Shown here: one piece after another, positions 1 through 9,670 of the stretch
Position numbering within the stretch: position 1 is the first letter of the stretch
Layout of the letters: each line of letters starts with the position of its first letter
From: Phenylobacterium sp.
GTDB taxonomy: Bacteria > Pseudomonadota > Alphaproteobacteria > Caulobacterales > Caulobacteraceae
Assembly (NCBI RefSeq): GCF_035569475.1
Contig: NZ_DATMNA010000094.1
Span: forward strand, 20,125-84,124
Direction of reading: 5' to 3'
DNA length: 64,000 nucleotides
The notes under the pieces: model-generated
Told to the model about the DNA's origin: nothing
The model's database searches: none
Seen by the model: the letters and a program-made list of their open reading frames with translations, nothing else
Position numbers and translations under genes: made by a program

Positions 1-1316
1 CCGCCGATCCCCGGCGTCAGCTTCACGATCTCCACGTTGCAGTTGCCGGTGAGCGCCGCGCCGGCGAGCGTGGCGGTCGTGCGGGCGTCCGGCGGCGCCA
101 TGGTCGGGACGACCGGGGCGGAGGGCGCGGGCTTCGGGCGCGGCGCGCTGCCCAGCATGCGATCGATCCGCGCGGTGGCTTCGGCGGACGGCGCAGGCCC
201 GTCGCCCATCGAGACCCGCAGGCCGTGCTCGACGATCTCGGCGACCAGGATGTCGGGCTTGAACCGCTCCACCAGATCCGGACGCCAGAAGCCGTCGTCG
301 TTGTGGGCCAGGATGATGCGGCTGAAGTGCGGGTAGAGCAGCGGCAGGATCTCGTTGGAGAAGGAGTCCCTGGTCATCATCAGGACCGGCTTGCCGGTCT
401 CGCCGGTGTCGATGACCTGCGGCGCGGTCCACGCGGTCTTTTCGGTCAGGAAGGTCTTGTGGATCCTGGCCTCGCCCGCCGGGTTCTCGATGTGCGGGAA
501 CCGGAGGTCGACGCTGTTGGCCACGCCCAGCATCAGGGCCAGGTCGCGCGGCCGGTCGCCGGAGTCGCCGGTCGTCACCTGGAAGTCCGACATCGGATGC
601 GGCGCGTCGGTCAGCCCCATCTCGTGCAGGCGGCCGACAAGGGCCGCGTAGCCGGCGTAGGCCCCGTAGGCGTTCCAATGGGTGTCGTGGCGGCTGTAGG
701 TCGCCGGGCCGCGCCGGGTGGCCTCGGCGACCGCCGGATAGAGGTAGAGGATCTCGGCAAGGCCCGCCTGATGCGCCAGCTTCGGCAGCGTCACCGTGGC
801 CCGGTTCGGACTCGGGCCTGAGTACCAGGCGGGGCCGAACTGTGGGTAGAGCGCCTCCTTCGCCGGGCCGACGACGGTGAGGTAGGGGATGTGGCGGGCC
901 TGCATATATTCGGTGCGGCCGGCGTAGGTCAGCAGCCAGGACCTGACCTCGGGGCCCATCATCGGCGGATCGGCCCGGACCGCGCCCAGGTGGGTGTCGT
1001 TGTCGAAGAACAGCCAGCCGTCGCGCCCGACGATCACCCGGTTCGACCCGCTGACGCCGACCGTCATCCGCAGCCGGTTCAGCGCCGCGATCAGGTAGGG
1101 CCGGATCGGGAAGCGGTCGGCCACATAGGCGTCGGCGGCCCTGCGGAAGCCGTCCAGGTCCTGCCAGCCCTTGGGCCAGGCGGGCGCTGCGGCCAGGACG
1201 CGGTTCTCCTGGATACCCGGCGGGCGCATGTACCGCGGCGCGATCCAGGCGCCCGCCATCAGGGCCAGGATGGTCCCGACCAGCAGTCTCCAGTGGAGGC
1301 GCGAGGCGAGGACCAC
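1..1316 (-). CDS. AlgJ/AlgX-like SGNH O-acetyltransferase component (3' end runs off window)
   Basis: Hand translation from GTG at 1316: N-terminal TM, then QENRVLAAAP...YVADRFPIR, typical of AlgJ/DHHW-type proteins; directly downstream of the MBOAT gene. Absent from ORF track because it has no stop in the window. Confidence 0.75.
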   Translation of the reverse strand, partial: MVLASRLHWRLLVGTILALMAGAWIAPRYMRPPGIQENRVLAAAPAWPKGWQDLDGFRRAADAYVADRFPIRPYLIAALNRLRMTVGVSGSNRVIVGRDGWLFFDNDTHLGAVRADPPMMGPEVRSWLLTYAGRTEYMQARHIPYLTVVGPAKEALYPQFGPAWYSGPSPNRATVTLPKLAHQAGLAEILYLYPAVAEATRRGPATYSRHDTHWNAYGAYAGYAALVGRLHEMGLTDAPHPMSDFQVTTGDSGDRPRDLALMLGVANSVDLRFPHIENPAGEARIHKTFLTEKTAWTAPQVIDTGETGKPVLMMTRDSFSNEILPLLYPHFSRIILAHNDDGFWRPDLVERFKPDILVAEIVEHGLRVSMGDGPAPSAEATARIDRMLGSAPRPKPAPSAPVVPTMAPPDARTTATLAGAALTGNCNVEIVKLTPGIG

Positions 1317-1318
1317 GG

Positions 1319-2761
1319 TCAGAACCTGAAATAGAGGAAGGGGTTGAGGGTCGAGCCGACCAGAATGGCGACCGACAGCACGAAGCCCGCCGCCAGCAGC
1401 GGGATCGGCAGGGCGTGCACGCTGCGGGTCTCAAGGCGCCCGGGCAGGTCCGGGCGCGGCGGCTCGGCGCGGGGCGTGCGCAGTCGCGCCATCAGCGCCG
1501 GCAGGAGGGGCGCGGCGAACAGCGTGCCCGCGACCAGAGCCGCGAGCGTCTGGGCGTTCAGCAGGATCGACAGCCCGGCGTCCGGCGCCAGGAACCGCCC
1601 CGGCTGGGCCATCTGGCCCAGATAGGCCAGCGCCTGGGGCAGGTCGTCGGCGCGGAAGAACACCCAGCCCACCATCACCACCAGCACGGCATAGAGGTGG
1701 CGCAGGACCCGCGGCGCACGGTCGAGCACCCGGCCGAAGCCGAACCGCTCCAGCATCAGGAAGGCCCCGTGATAGAGGCCCCAGACGATGAACCGCCAGG
1801 CCGCCCCGTGCCACAGCCCGGTCAGGAAGAAGACGATCAGCAGATTCCGCACCGTCTGCGCCAGGCCGTTCCGGTTGCCGCCCAGCGGGATGTAGACGTA
1901 GTCCCGGAACCAGGACGACAGGCTCATGTGCCAGCGCCGCCAGAAGTCAGTGATCGACTGGGCGATGTAGGGGTAGTCGAAGTTCTTGGGGAAGGTGAAG
2001 CCCAGCAGGAACGCCAGGCCGATCGCCATGTTCGAATAGCCGCAGAAGTCGAAATAGATCTGCAGGGTGTAGGCCCAGACGCCTAGCCAGGCGGTGGTGG
2101 CGTCCAGCCGCGTCAGCTCGGCGGCGAAGGCATGGTCGGCGAGCGGAGCCACGGTGTTGGCGATCAGCGCCTTCTGGCACAGGCCCACGATGAAATACTG
2201 CACCCCCAGGCCGACGTGGGCGGTCTTGCGCCGGTCGGCGTGCATCTCGTCGCGGATGTCGGCGTAGCGGACGATGGGCCCCGCGATCAGGTGGGGGAAC
2301 ATCAGGATGTAGGCGGCGAAACGAAGGGGATCGCGCTCCACCTTCACCGCGCCGCGCTGCACGTCGACGACGTAGCTGACCAGTTGGAAGGTGAAGAAGG
2401 AGATGCCGAGCGGCAGCTTCTGGCGGACCTCGGGCAGGAAGCCGCCGGGAAAGAGGTGGTTCAGGTTGTGGGCCAGGAATTCGGAATACTTGAAGAAGCC
2501 GAGCACGGCGAAGTCGGCGACCACCAGCGCCGTCAGGATAGCCACCCGCCGCCGTCGGTCTCTGGTCGCGTCGAGCCAGAGCGAGCCGGCGTAGTTCAGG
2601 CCGATCAGGCCCAGGAGCAGGAAGACATAGGCCCCCTCGCCCCAGACGTAGAAGGCCGCGCTGCCGACCAGCAGCGCGCCGGCCCGCCAGCCGGAGACGT
2701 AGTAGCCGAGCAGGAAGACCGGCAAAAAATAGAAGATGAAGATGACCGAGCTGAAGACCAC
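1319..2761 (-). CDS. algI: MBOAT family O-acyltransferase (AlgI-like)
   Basis: LPLGISFFTFQ, FPHLIAGPIVR, DFWRRWHMSLS, GLWHGA and C-terminal NPFLYFRF motifs. Confidence 0.9.
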   Translation of the reverse strand: MVFSSVIFIFYFLPVFLLGYYVSGWRAGALLVGSAAFYVWGEGAYVFLLLGLIGLNYAGSLWLDATRDRRRRVAILTALVVADFAVLGFFKYSEFLAHNLNHLFPGGFLPEVRQKLPLGISFFTFQLVSYVVDVQRGAVKVERDPLRFAAYILMFPHLIAGPIVRYADIRDEMHADRRKTAHVGLGVQYFIVGLCQKALIANTVAPLADHAFAAELTRLDATTAWLGVWAYTLQIYFDFCGYSNMAIGLAFLLGFTFPKNFDYPYIAQSITDFWRRWHMSLSSWFRDYVYIPLGGNRNGLAQTVRNLLIVFFLTGLWHGAAWRFIVWGLYHGAFLMLERFGFGRVLDRAPRVLRHLYAVLVVMVGWVFFRADDLPQALAYLGQMAQPGRFLAPDAGLSILLNAQTLAALVAGTLFAAPLLPALMARLRTPRAEPPRPDLPGRLETRSVHALPIPLLAAGFVLSVAILVGSTLNPFLYFRF

Positions 2762-2791
2762 GCCCCGAGGCCCCCCTACGCGCTCAGGACG

Positions 2792-3481
2792 TCAGGACTT
2801 GGGGGCCGGCGCGGGCGGCGCGGCCGCGGCGGCGGGCGCCGACGCCAGGGCCGCGGGGTCCGGATTCTCGGCGACCGCGATCTGGCGGATCAGGAAGCCG
2901 CCGCCCGGCCTGTCCTCCAGGTCGAAGCGGATTTGCTCGATCGTCGACTGCAGCCAGTCGGGGCCGCCGAGGGCCTGGTGGCTCATGTCGTAGACCAGGG
3001 TGGTGGTCTCGCCCACCTTGGGGTCGGCGCCGGAGAGCGGCTTGCCAAGATAGCTGATCGCCTCGCCGTGCGCGGCCGTCGAGTAGTAGAGCGCCCCGTC
3101 CCAGGCCGAGGCCGGCGCCGTGCGGGTCAGCCGCACCAGGACGAGGGGGTACTGGCCGCCGGGCACGTTCAGGCCCTTGGGCGAGCGCAGGGTCGGGTCG
3201 GCCATGGCGACCGCTATGCCCTGGCCCGGCGCGGGCGAGATGCGGCTTCCGACCGTGGTGAAGCCCTCGGTCGAGCCGTCGAAGGTCCAGAGCTTGACGG
3301 TCTTCAGCGGCTTGCCGCCCAGCTCGAACCCGCCGGCGGCGGCGTTCCAACGCACCGGCCCGGCCCGTTCCGGGCCCACCGGGACGGGGGCGGCGGCCGA
3401 CTGGTCCTTGACCGCCGGCCGATGGCAGGCGGTCATCAAGACCGTCAGGGCGGCAAGTCCGATCCAAGGCAGGCGCTTCAC
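2792..3481 (-). CDS. Putative lipoprotein
   Basis: Signal peptide with lipobox LMTAC; co-oriented upstream of algI. Confidence 0.7.
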   Translation of the reverse strand: MKRLPWIGLAALTVLMTACHRPAVKDQSAAAPVPVGPERAGPVRWNAAAGGFELGGKPLKTVKLWTFDGSTEGFTTVGSRISPAPGQGIAVAMADPTLRSPKGLNVPGGQYPLVLVRLTRTAPASAWDGALYYSTAAHGEAISYLGKPLSGADPKVGETTTLVYDMSHQALGGPDWLQSTIEQIRFDLEDRPGGGFLIRQIAVAENPDPAALASAPAAAAAPPAPAPKS

Positions 3482-3624
3482 CGGACAGCTCTCCTCAAGG
3501 CATGGCCGCGCGGGCCGGATTCGCGTTGAGGTTTAGCATGGCGCGCGGCGCGAGCCATGCCGCGGCGGGCGAATTCCGCCGTCGCAGGCGACGGCCGGGG
3601 TGCGATGAGGGGCGACGTCGGCGA

Positions 3625-3701
3625 TGGTACCAGCTCTCGGGCTCGAACCGAGGACCTCTAGATCCACAATCTAGCGCTCTAACCAACTGAGCTAAGCCGG
3701 C
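3625..3701 (-). tRNA. tRNA-His (GTG)
   Basis: GCCGGCTTAGCTCAGTTGGTTAGAGCG...GATTGTGGATC...GGTTCGAGCCC...GGTACCA; cloverleaf, anticodon GTG, encoded CCA. Confidence 0.95.
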
Positions 3702-3776
3702 CCATCGCGAGGGGGGTTTCTAGTCGCGTGGCGGCTCGCGATCAAGCGGCGCAGTCGCCGCGAGGCCTATTCGGAT

Positions 3777-4613
3777 TCAATCGGCGAGCAGCGGGCGGCG
3801 GTAGCGGCGGCTGCCGGCCAGTTCGCGGCCGTCGCGCAGGCGGACCACGAAGTCCCCGGTGGGTTTGGACTCCACCGCCGCCACGGCCTCGCGCCGCACC
3901 AGCCGCGAACGGTGGATGCGCACGAAGCCCGCGCCCTGCAACCGGCGCTGCATCTCCGACAGCGAGGCGCGGTGCAGCAGGCCCGTCCCGCCCCGGTGCA
4001 ACTCCACATAGTTGCCGGCCGCCTCGACCCAGACCACGTCGATCAGGGGCACGAAGTGGCGGCGGGCCCCGTCGCGGACCTCCAGCACGTCGGGCGGTTG
4101 GCCTGCGGCCGCCGGCGGGCCGGCTCGCAGCCGCCGCCAGGCGACGTAGATCGCCACGACCGCCGCATAGACCACGAGGTCCTTGCGAAGCTCGTAGGGC
4201 CAGTCCGTCAGCGGCGACCAGGGGTCGTAGTGGTCGCCCACCAAGGCATAGACGCCCCACCGCATGATGCCGATGGCCACCACATGGACCAGGGACACGC
4301 CGACCGCGGCGGCCAGGTGGATCGCCAGGCGCGGCAGCCGCGGGCGCGCCAGCGGCCAGGCCCGCCGGGTCAGCCACAGCATGAGCGGGGCCAGGGAGAC
4401 GAAGACGACGCCGCTCGAAACCTCCCAGAGGGCCGGTTGCCAGAAGGGCGTCGCCAGGCCCGCACGCTGGCGCTCGTGGACGACGTTCAAGGCGTTGACG
4501 AGGAGGATCACCGCCAGGACCGCCGTCGCGACGGCCATGAACCGTCGATCCCCCCGGGGATCGGGCCCCGGCGGCGCGGCCTCCTGGCTCGGCGGATCTT
4601 GGGACGAGCTCAC
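3777..4613 (-). CDS. Membrane-anchored LytTR DNA-binding domain protein
   Basis: Several TM segments, then WVEAAGNYVELH...FVRIHRSRLV (LytTR); start uncertain (GTG 4613 or ATG 4539). Confidence 0.85.
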   Translation of the reverse strand: MSSSQDPPSQEAAPPGPDPRGDRRFMAVATAVLAVILLVNALNVVHERQRAGLATPFWQPALWEVSSGVVFVSLAPLMLWLTRRAWPLARPRLPRLAIHLAAAVGVSLVHVVAIGIMRWGVYALVGDHYDPWSPLTDWPYELRKDLVVYAAVVAIYVAWRRLRAGPPAAAGQPPDVLEVRDGARRHFVPLIDVVWVEAAGNYVELHRGGTGLLHRASLSEMQRRLQGAGFVRIHRSRLVRREAVAAVESKPTGDFVVRLRDGRELAGSRRYRRPLLAD

Positions 4614-4698
4614 CCTGGCTCCAGGTTGGATGCGCCGTGCGCCGGCGCCGCCGCAGCATGGGTCCCCGCCCCCGTCCTGTGAAGGGGAGCCGCCGGGC

Positions 4699-4734
4699 AA
4701 AAGAAAAGGCCCCGCGGCTCGCGCCACGGGGCCT
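4699..4734 (-). terminator. Probable intrinsic terminator after tonB
   Basis: GC hairpin followed by a T-rich run on the minus strand. Confidence 0.5.
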
Positions 4735-4756
4735 GATCCAGTCGGTGAGCGGAGCC

Positions 4757-5482
4757 CTAGCCGTCCTTAGGCAGGTTCCACTTGATCGGGATGTTGATGT
4801 GCTGGCCCTCGACGGGCGCGCCATCCTTGGTCGCCGGCTTCATCTTGAACAGCTTGCTCAATTTCAGCGCGGAGTCCGCGAAGCCCTGGTCGGCAGGAGT
4901 CTCCTCGGTCACCTGGCAGTTATCGAGCGTGCCACGCGCATTGACGACGCAGCTCAAGGTCGTGTGACCGCTCACCCCCATCCGGGTCGCACGATCCGGA
5001 TAGTACTTGGAGTACTCTTCCGGGCCCGGCTTGCGGATCCAGTCGGGGTTGGTGATCACCGACGGACGCGGCGCTTCAGGGGGCGGCGGAGCCGGCGGCT
5101 TCGGTTCCTCGATGTGCCGCTCGACCGGGGGAACCGGCAGGGGCGGGATCGACGGAACGTCGGGCGTGGCGACCGGCGGCCTGGGCTGCAGCTTGGGCGG
5201 CGGCGGCGGCGGCGTGTTCGGCGGCGGAGGCGGCGGCGGCGGCGGGGGCGGAGGCGGCACCGGCTTGATCAGCGCCACATCCGTCACGTCGTCGGAGTAC
5301 TCCTTGAAGTTCGGCTCGAACTTGCTCTTCCAGAGATAGAGGGCAAGCGCGGCGTGCACGACGATCGCGATGACGATGGCGATCCAGAAGCCCTTCTGGC
5401 GTCTCGGCCGCGGATCGTCGAACGGGTTGTGACTGCCGGTCAGGTGGCTAGGAGCGGCGCCGGGCGGTGATGTTTCAGCCAT
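4757..5482 (-). CDS. tonB: Energy transducer TonB
   Basis: N-terminal TM, poly-Pro linker, YPDRA...G C-terminal domain; operon with exbB/exbD. Confidence 0.9.
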   Translation of the reverse strand: MAETSPPGAAPSHLTGSHNPFDDPRPRRQKGFWIAIVIAIVVHAALALYLWKSKFEPNFKEYSDDVTDVALIKPVPPPPPPPPPPPPPNTPPPPPPKLQPRPPVATPDVPSIPPLPVPPVERHIEEPKPPAPPPPEAPRPSVITNPDWIRKPGPEEYSKYYPDRATRMGVSGHTTLSCVVNARGTLDNCQVTEETPADQGFADSALKLSKLFKMKPATKDGAPVEGQHINIPIKWNLPKDG

Positions 5483-5493
5483 GCGTCAGCGCC

Positions 5494-5931
5494 TCACTTG
5501 TTATTGTCTTCGCCGACCAGGGCCACGCTGTAGAACCCGTTGTCCTGCAACATGTTCATCACGCCCATGAAGTCGCCGTACATCACGTTCTTGTCCCCGC
5601 GGATGAAAATCCGCTCGTGGGTCGGATCGCGCTTTGCGCCTACCTGTTTCCGGAGGTCATCGCCAAGCGAGGAGAGGTCCGTCGGAAAGTCCTGGATGAA
5701 GATCCGGCCGTTGGGCTGGATCGAGATATAGACCGGCTTGGGCGGGTTGGTGCCCGGCTTTGCAACGGCGGGAGGAAGTTCCACCTTCACCGTGACGGCC
5801 GCCAGAGGGGCCGCCACCATGAAGATAATCAGCAGGACCAGCATGACGTCCACGAACGGCGTGACGTTGATGCTGCTGTTGGCTTCTTCCTCGTACTTGC
5901 CGCCGCCTGAGCCCCCGAGTTTGGCTCCCAT
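5494..5931 (-). CDS. exbD: Biopolymer transport protein ExbD
   Basis: INVTPFVDVMLVLLIIFMV motif. Confidence 0.92.
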   Translation of the reverse strand: MGAKLGGSGGGKYEEEANSSINVTPFVDVMLVLLIIFMVAAPLAAVTVKVELPPAVAKPGTNPPKPVYISIQPNGRIFIQDFPTDLSSLGDDLRKQVGAKRDPTHERIFIRGDKNVMYGDFMGVMNMLQDNGFYSVALVGEDNNK

Positions 5932-5936
5932 CTGGC

Positions 5937-6839
5937 TTAGGCTCCTTTGTCGAGCTGCCGGGAGATCGCGTTCATCAGTTCAGCCACAAAGCCTTCCGTA
6001 CGCGCGCCGTAGGCGGAGATACGCGTCTGGAAGTAGTTGTAGAAGATAACCGACGGAATGGCGGCGAACAGACCGAGGCCCGTGGCGAGCAGGGCTTCGG
6101 CGATGCCGGGCGCCACGACCGCGAGGTTGGTGGTGTTGGTGTTCGCGATCCCGATGAACGAGTCCATGATCCCGTACACGGTGCCGAACAGGCCGATGAA
6201 CGGACCGTTCGAGCCGACCGAGGCCAGGAACTGCATGCCGCTGGAGAGACGCCGGGTCAGCGAGGCCTGAACGGCGGCCACCGCATGCTCGGCGCGGCTG
6301 AGGGTCGTTTCGCGGTGTTCCCCGGCGACGTGCAGCCCGGCCTGGCGGCTGAGCTCGATCTCCTGGGCGGCCGCGGCGGCCATGTCAGCCAGCGGGTTGC
6401 CGTCGAATTCTTCGGCGACGGCGATGCGGCCCATGTCGTTGATCGACTTCGCGCCGCGGAAGGCTTCGAGGAAGCTGTCCGAAACGCGGTTCAGGGCGCG
6501 GAACTCGAGGAGCTTGGTGATGAGCAGGGTCCAAGAGAACACCGAGGCCAGCAGCAGGCCCAGCATCACCACCTTCACGACGGGCTTGGCGTCCATGAAC
6601 ATGGTGCCGATGCCCATCTTGCCCGCATGTTTCATTTGCGGGGGCAGGCTCGCGTCGGCGCCGGCCGGCGCGTCAGCGGCGGGGGCGGCGGCCGGAGCGG
6701 CGGCATCCGCAGCAGGAGCCGCGGCGGCCGGAGCCGGAGCGGCGGGGGCGGCGTTCTGCGCAAACGCCGGTGCGCTCGCCATAAGCGCAACAGCGCCGAC
6801 GAGAGCAATGAAAGGGGTCTTCAGTTTGTTGTCGAACAT
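5937..6839 (-). CDS. exbB: Biopolymer transport protein ExbB (MotA/TolQ/ExbB family)
   Basis: GPFIGLFGTVYGIM, VAPGIAEALLATGLGLFAAIP motifs; start MFDNKLK chosen. Confidence 0.9.
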   Translation of the reverse strand: MFDNKLKTPFIALVGAVALMASAPAFAQNAAPAAPAPAAAAPAADAAAPAAAPAADAPAGADASLPPQMKHAGKMGIGTMFMDAKPVVKVVMLGLLLASVFSWTLLITKLLEFRALNRVSDSFLEAFRGAKSINDMGRIAVAEEFDGNPLADMAAAAAQEIELSRQAGLHVAGEHRETTLSRAEHAVAAVQASLTRRLSSGMQFLASVGSNGPFIGLFGTVYGIMDSFIGIANTNTTNLAVVAPGIAEALLATGLGLFAAIPSVIFYNYFQTRISAYGARTEGFVAELMNAISRQLDKGA

Positions 6840-7408
6840 CTGTCGCCAGTTCCTGGTTGGTCTAGCACGAGTGGCCAAAGGGTCGTCGCGCGAGAGCGTC
6901 TCCACCCTAGTTGAAACAATCCCGACGTCGTGAACCGATTGCCCGGTCCTTGTCGTCAGGCCGCTGTCGCTGCGCCGCGACCCGTAAAGCGTGGTCCCAA
7001 CACGAGTGAAGGGGCAACGTTTGAAGGCGCGAGGCGAACTCTTCCGCCCCGAGGGGCCTCCGAGGTCTCACCGCTATCTTAGACTTGCGGCTCGGGTCCT
7101 TTGGCAACCCCTTAATGAGGCGTCAAGGGGGCAGACGATAACGGGGTCTTGCGAAAGTTCCATGGCATCCCATGACGCACTGCACTGCACAATTCTTTGC
7201 CCAAGGGGGCGGCGCGCAATTTCTACCGTTACGGGAAATTAATGTTGCAGTGCGGTATGTATTTCACAAATGTAATCTGCACGCCGCTCCAGGTTAATTG
7301 GCAGCCGCTGAGCGGGATCTAGTCAGTTTCGCCTGGACCCGGCCGGCGCCCCGATGGCGGACGCATGGGCTGCGGCGAAACCTGCGCCGGCGCCGCGATG
7401 CGAAGAAG

Positions 7409-7455
7409 TGGCGCCTGGGGGCGGATTCGAACCACCGACACGCGGATTTTCAATC
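7409..7455 (-). repeat. att-like copy of tRNA-Phe 3' half (distal)
   Basis: 47 bp matching 17583-17629 with one mismatch; identity stops at the anticodon loop. Confidence 0.92.
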
Positions 7456-7625
7456 GCCAGCTTCCGCCTACAAAATCAAGCGTTGGTCGCAAAGCTAACG
7501 GAAAACAGCGCCTGACACCGCGCAGAGCCAACCTCCGATTGGAAAATCGCCTGCCCCTTATTTCAGCAATCGCGTCATCGAGTGCGCGGGTCTCCGCTCT
7601 TCATCTCTATCCAGTCGGCATCAGA

Positions 7626-7671
7626 ATGTTCACCTTTTGTTCTTGACGAGCGCGCGCATTTATGCGAGAAT
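7626..7671 (+). promoter_or_regulatory. LexA (SOS) box abutting a sigma70-type promoter
   Basis: GTTC-ACCTTTT-GTTC at 7628-7642 (alphaproteobacterial GTTC-N7-GTTC), then TTGACG, 15 nt, GCGAGAAT. Confidence 0.75.
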
Positions 7672-7802
7672 AAACCTATCGCTGTGAGATGCGCCTATTC
7701 CCCCACGGGGACTGAGCCGTCTCCGCGCTTTTCCTCCAATCCCGATGCTCGCCTCCGTTCTTTTGGAACGGCGCGCGCCTCGCTGTGCCTGAAGGACAGC
7801 CG

Positions 7803-8957
7803 ATGCCCTACTCCTTGGACCCTTCCGATCTGGAGGGTGACGAACTCGACCGTTGGTATCGACGGTCACCTCAGGAAATCGCACTGCAACAGCAAGCCAC
7901 TCAGGCGCAGCGCTATCGGGACTTCTTCGGGATTCCTGACGACACCGACGACAGCGATGGCGCCGAACGGGACGCTGCCGCGGATCAGGATATCAGCGAC
8001 CAATGGGGGGGGGCCCAGCCGCCCTCCCTTCAATCCCCTTCTTCGAATGGACTAGGAGCCGTTGACGGCTCCTCGATCAATCCGGTCGGCGCCGAAGATT
8101 TCCCACATCCTATCCCACTTTCTGAGCCACCGTTTGCGATCGGTGTTTCCTGGCCACCGCCCGTCCCGATGCCCATGCCCTGGACGCCCGGTTCGGAAGG
8201 TCGGCAGCCCGTCCCCTTAAATCAAATCGACCCCGCATCGTCGCAATTTGATCCCACGGCGACGACGGGTTCGGGCCAAACTCCAGTTCCTTCGCTCACA
8301 CACCCCAACCCGACCAAGCCGACGTTCATAGGCGCTTCTGCACCTGCAACCGGAGCTTCATCGACCGGCTCAGCACAGCCGGATCCATCGAAGGTTGATG
8401 TCTTTCAGCCCGACCCTGACGGGAAGCTGCAGCCGATCCCTGGCTGGCACACCACCGGACCATTCGACTTCGGTACATGGTCGCACAACGTCAACTGGGG
8501 CGGCGTCGCGAACGATCTTGCCAATATCGGCATGGGGGTGGCCGATTTTACGGGGGCTGGTGAGCTCGGTAGCGCGATCTTGGCTGGCCTCCGCTACAAG
8601 ATTGGGCCGGCAGTTGTCCGAGGCATCGTCCACGGTCATCACCCCTTGCCGAGGTTCATGGGTGGAGCCGCCGACCAGCAGTTGGCGCGCTTGCACCAAA
8701 GCATTCACCAGATGTTCCATGCAGACCTGGGCGCCGCGCTGAGAGAGGCCGGCTTTCCCCGCGTTGGTGGAAGAGGCGGTGGCACGGAGGATTGGACCGC
8801 CTTTTTCAAGGAGAACCCGGATGCGGAAAATCGAGCCATCGAGACTCTGCAGAGAGTGACGCGAGACTTTGATAAGAAGAATGGCACCAAAATTTCGAAA
8901 TATCTGGACGGGGAGTTGTCGCGACATAAACCTCCTCAGCCTCCTCCCCAGCAGTAG
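7803..8957 (+). CDS. Putative polymorphic toxin with C-terminal His-rich (HNH/EndoVII-like) nuclease domain
   Basis: ATG 7803 after GAAGGA; short helical N-terminus, long Pro/Ser-rich linker, hydrophobic Gly-rich segment, then HGHHPLPRFMGG...LHQSIHQMFH. Confidence 0.65.
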   Translation: MPYSLDPSDLEGDELDRWYRRSPQEIALQQQATQAQRYRDFFGIPDDTDDSDGAERDAAADQDISDQWGGAQPPSLQSPSSNGLGAVDGSSINPVGAEDFPHPIPLSEPPFAIGVSWPPPVPMPMPWTPGSEGRQPVPLNQIDPASSQFDPTATTGSGQTPVPSLTHPNPTKPTFIGASAPATGASSTGSAQPDPSKVDVFQPDPDGKLQPIPGWHTTGPFDFGTWSHNVNWGGVANDLANIGMGVADFTGAGELGSAILAGLRYKIGPAVVRGIVHGHHPLPRFMGGAADQQLARLHQSIHQMFHADLGAALREAGFPRVGGRGGGTEDWTAFFKENPDAENRAIETLQRVTRDFDKKNGTKISKYLDGELSRHKPPQPPPQQ

Positions 8958-8968
8958 CGACGGTCGAA

Positions 8969-9577
8969 TTGGGCATCTCGGATCGGCATGAAGATCGCTG
9001 GCTCTGGTTCACCCCGGAAACGGCTGATTGCGTTCGGCTGGATCCACGCGCTTATCCGTCAACAACATTTGGCCGACACATCATCCCCTTGCCCGAATGG
9101 GTTTGCCGAGCTCCGAACGGCGGCCTCCATGTCCGCGGAGGGCTTGGGCGGATCGACATCGACGTATCTGAGCCTCCGAATGCCACGGACGAGATCAATT
9201 GGACGTGCGACTATGGCCTCCGGATTCTCGCGAACAGTTGGCTCGACCAGGTTCGCGACTTGATAGACGGAGAACGGATCGGACTGGGCGTCCTCCGACG
9301 ATACGGAGACGTCCTTGATGGATGGTCCACCGTCCGGGAACGTCACCCACCACCGCTTCTTTCAACGGAGGGTTATACAAAAGCCTGTCCGAACTGCGGA
9401 CATTCCTATTCGGTCCTGCATGGCCGAGAATTCTTCGCCGACCCCACCGTCGTCGGCAGATCGCTGATCGTGAACAACAGCGGCGTGTTTGTGCGAGAGG
9501 ATATTGCCGACAGTCGGAACCTTTGCTCGCCTCGCGGCAGCTTCGAACCCGGTCTCGTCGCATTTGAAGCCTCCTAA
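8969..9577 (+). CDS. Putative immunity protein (CxxCG motif)
   Basis: Immediately downstream of the toxin-like gene; CPNCG motif; start uncertain. Confidence 0.55.
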   Translation: MGISDRHEDRWLWFTPETADCVRLDPRAYPSTTFGRHIIPLPEWVCRAPNGGLHVRGGLGRIDIDVSEPPNATDEINWTCDYGLRILANSWLDQVRDLIDGERIGLGVLRRYGDVLDGWSTVRERHPPPLLSTEGYTKACPNCGHSYSVLHGREFFADPTVVGRSLIVNNSGVFVREDIADSRNLCSPRGSFEPGLVAFEAS

Positions 9578-9630
9578 AGTCGCAGCTTCATGAGCAGCAC
9601 CGGAGCTTCCCCTAGGCAGCCTGTCGTCAC

Positions 9631-9655
9631 AAAACCTAGATCAGGTCTAGGTTTT
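9631..9655. promoter_or_regulatory. Inverted repeat, probable TA operator
   Basis: AAAACCTAGA-TCAGG-TCTAGGTTTT, perfect 10-bp arms, 15 nt upstream of the DUF4160 ATG. Confidence 0.65.
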
Positions 9656-9670
9656 ATGAGATAGTGCGCC

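Noticed and set aside
3625-3701. tRNA-His with G1:U72 and A73 instead of the usual C73
   Set aside because: Known feature of this alphaproteobacterial clade (tRNA-His lacking G-1), not novel
5195-5260. GGC-rich tandem repeat
   Set aside because: Encodes the poly-proline linker of TonB
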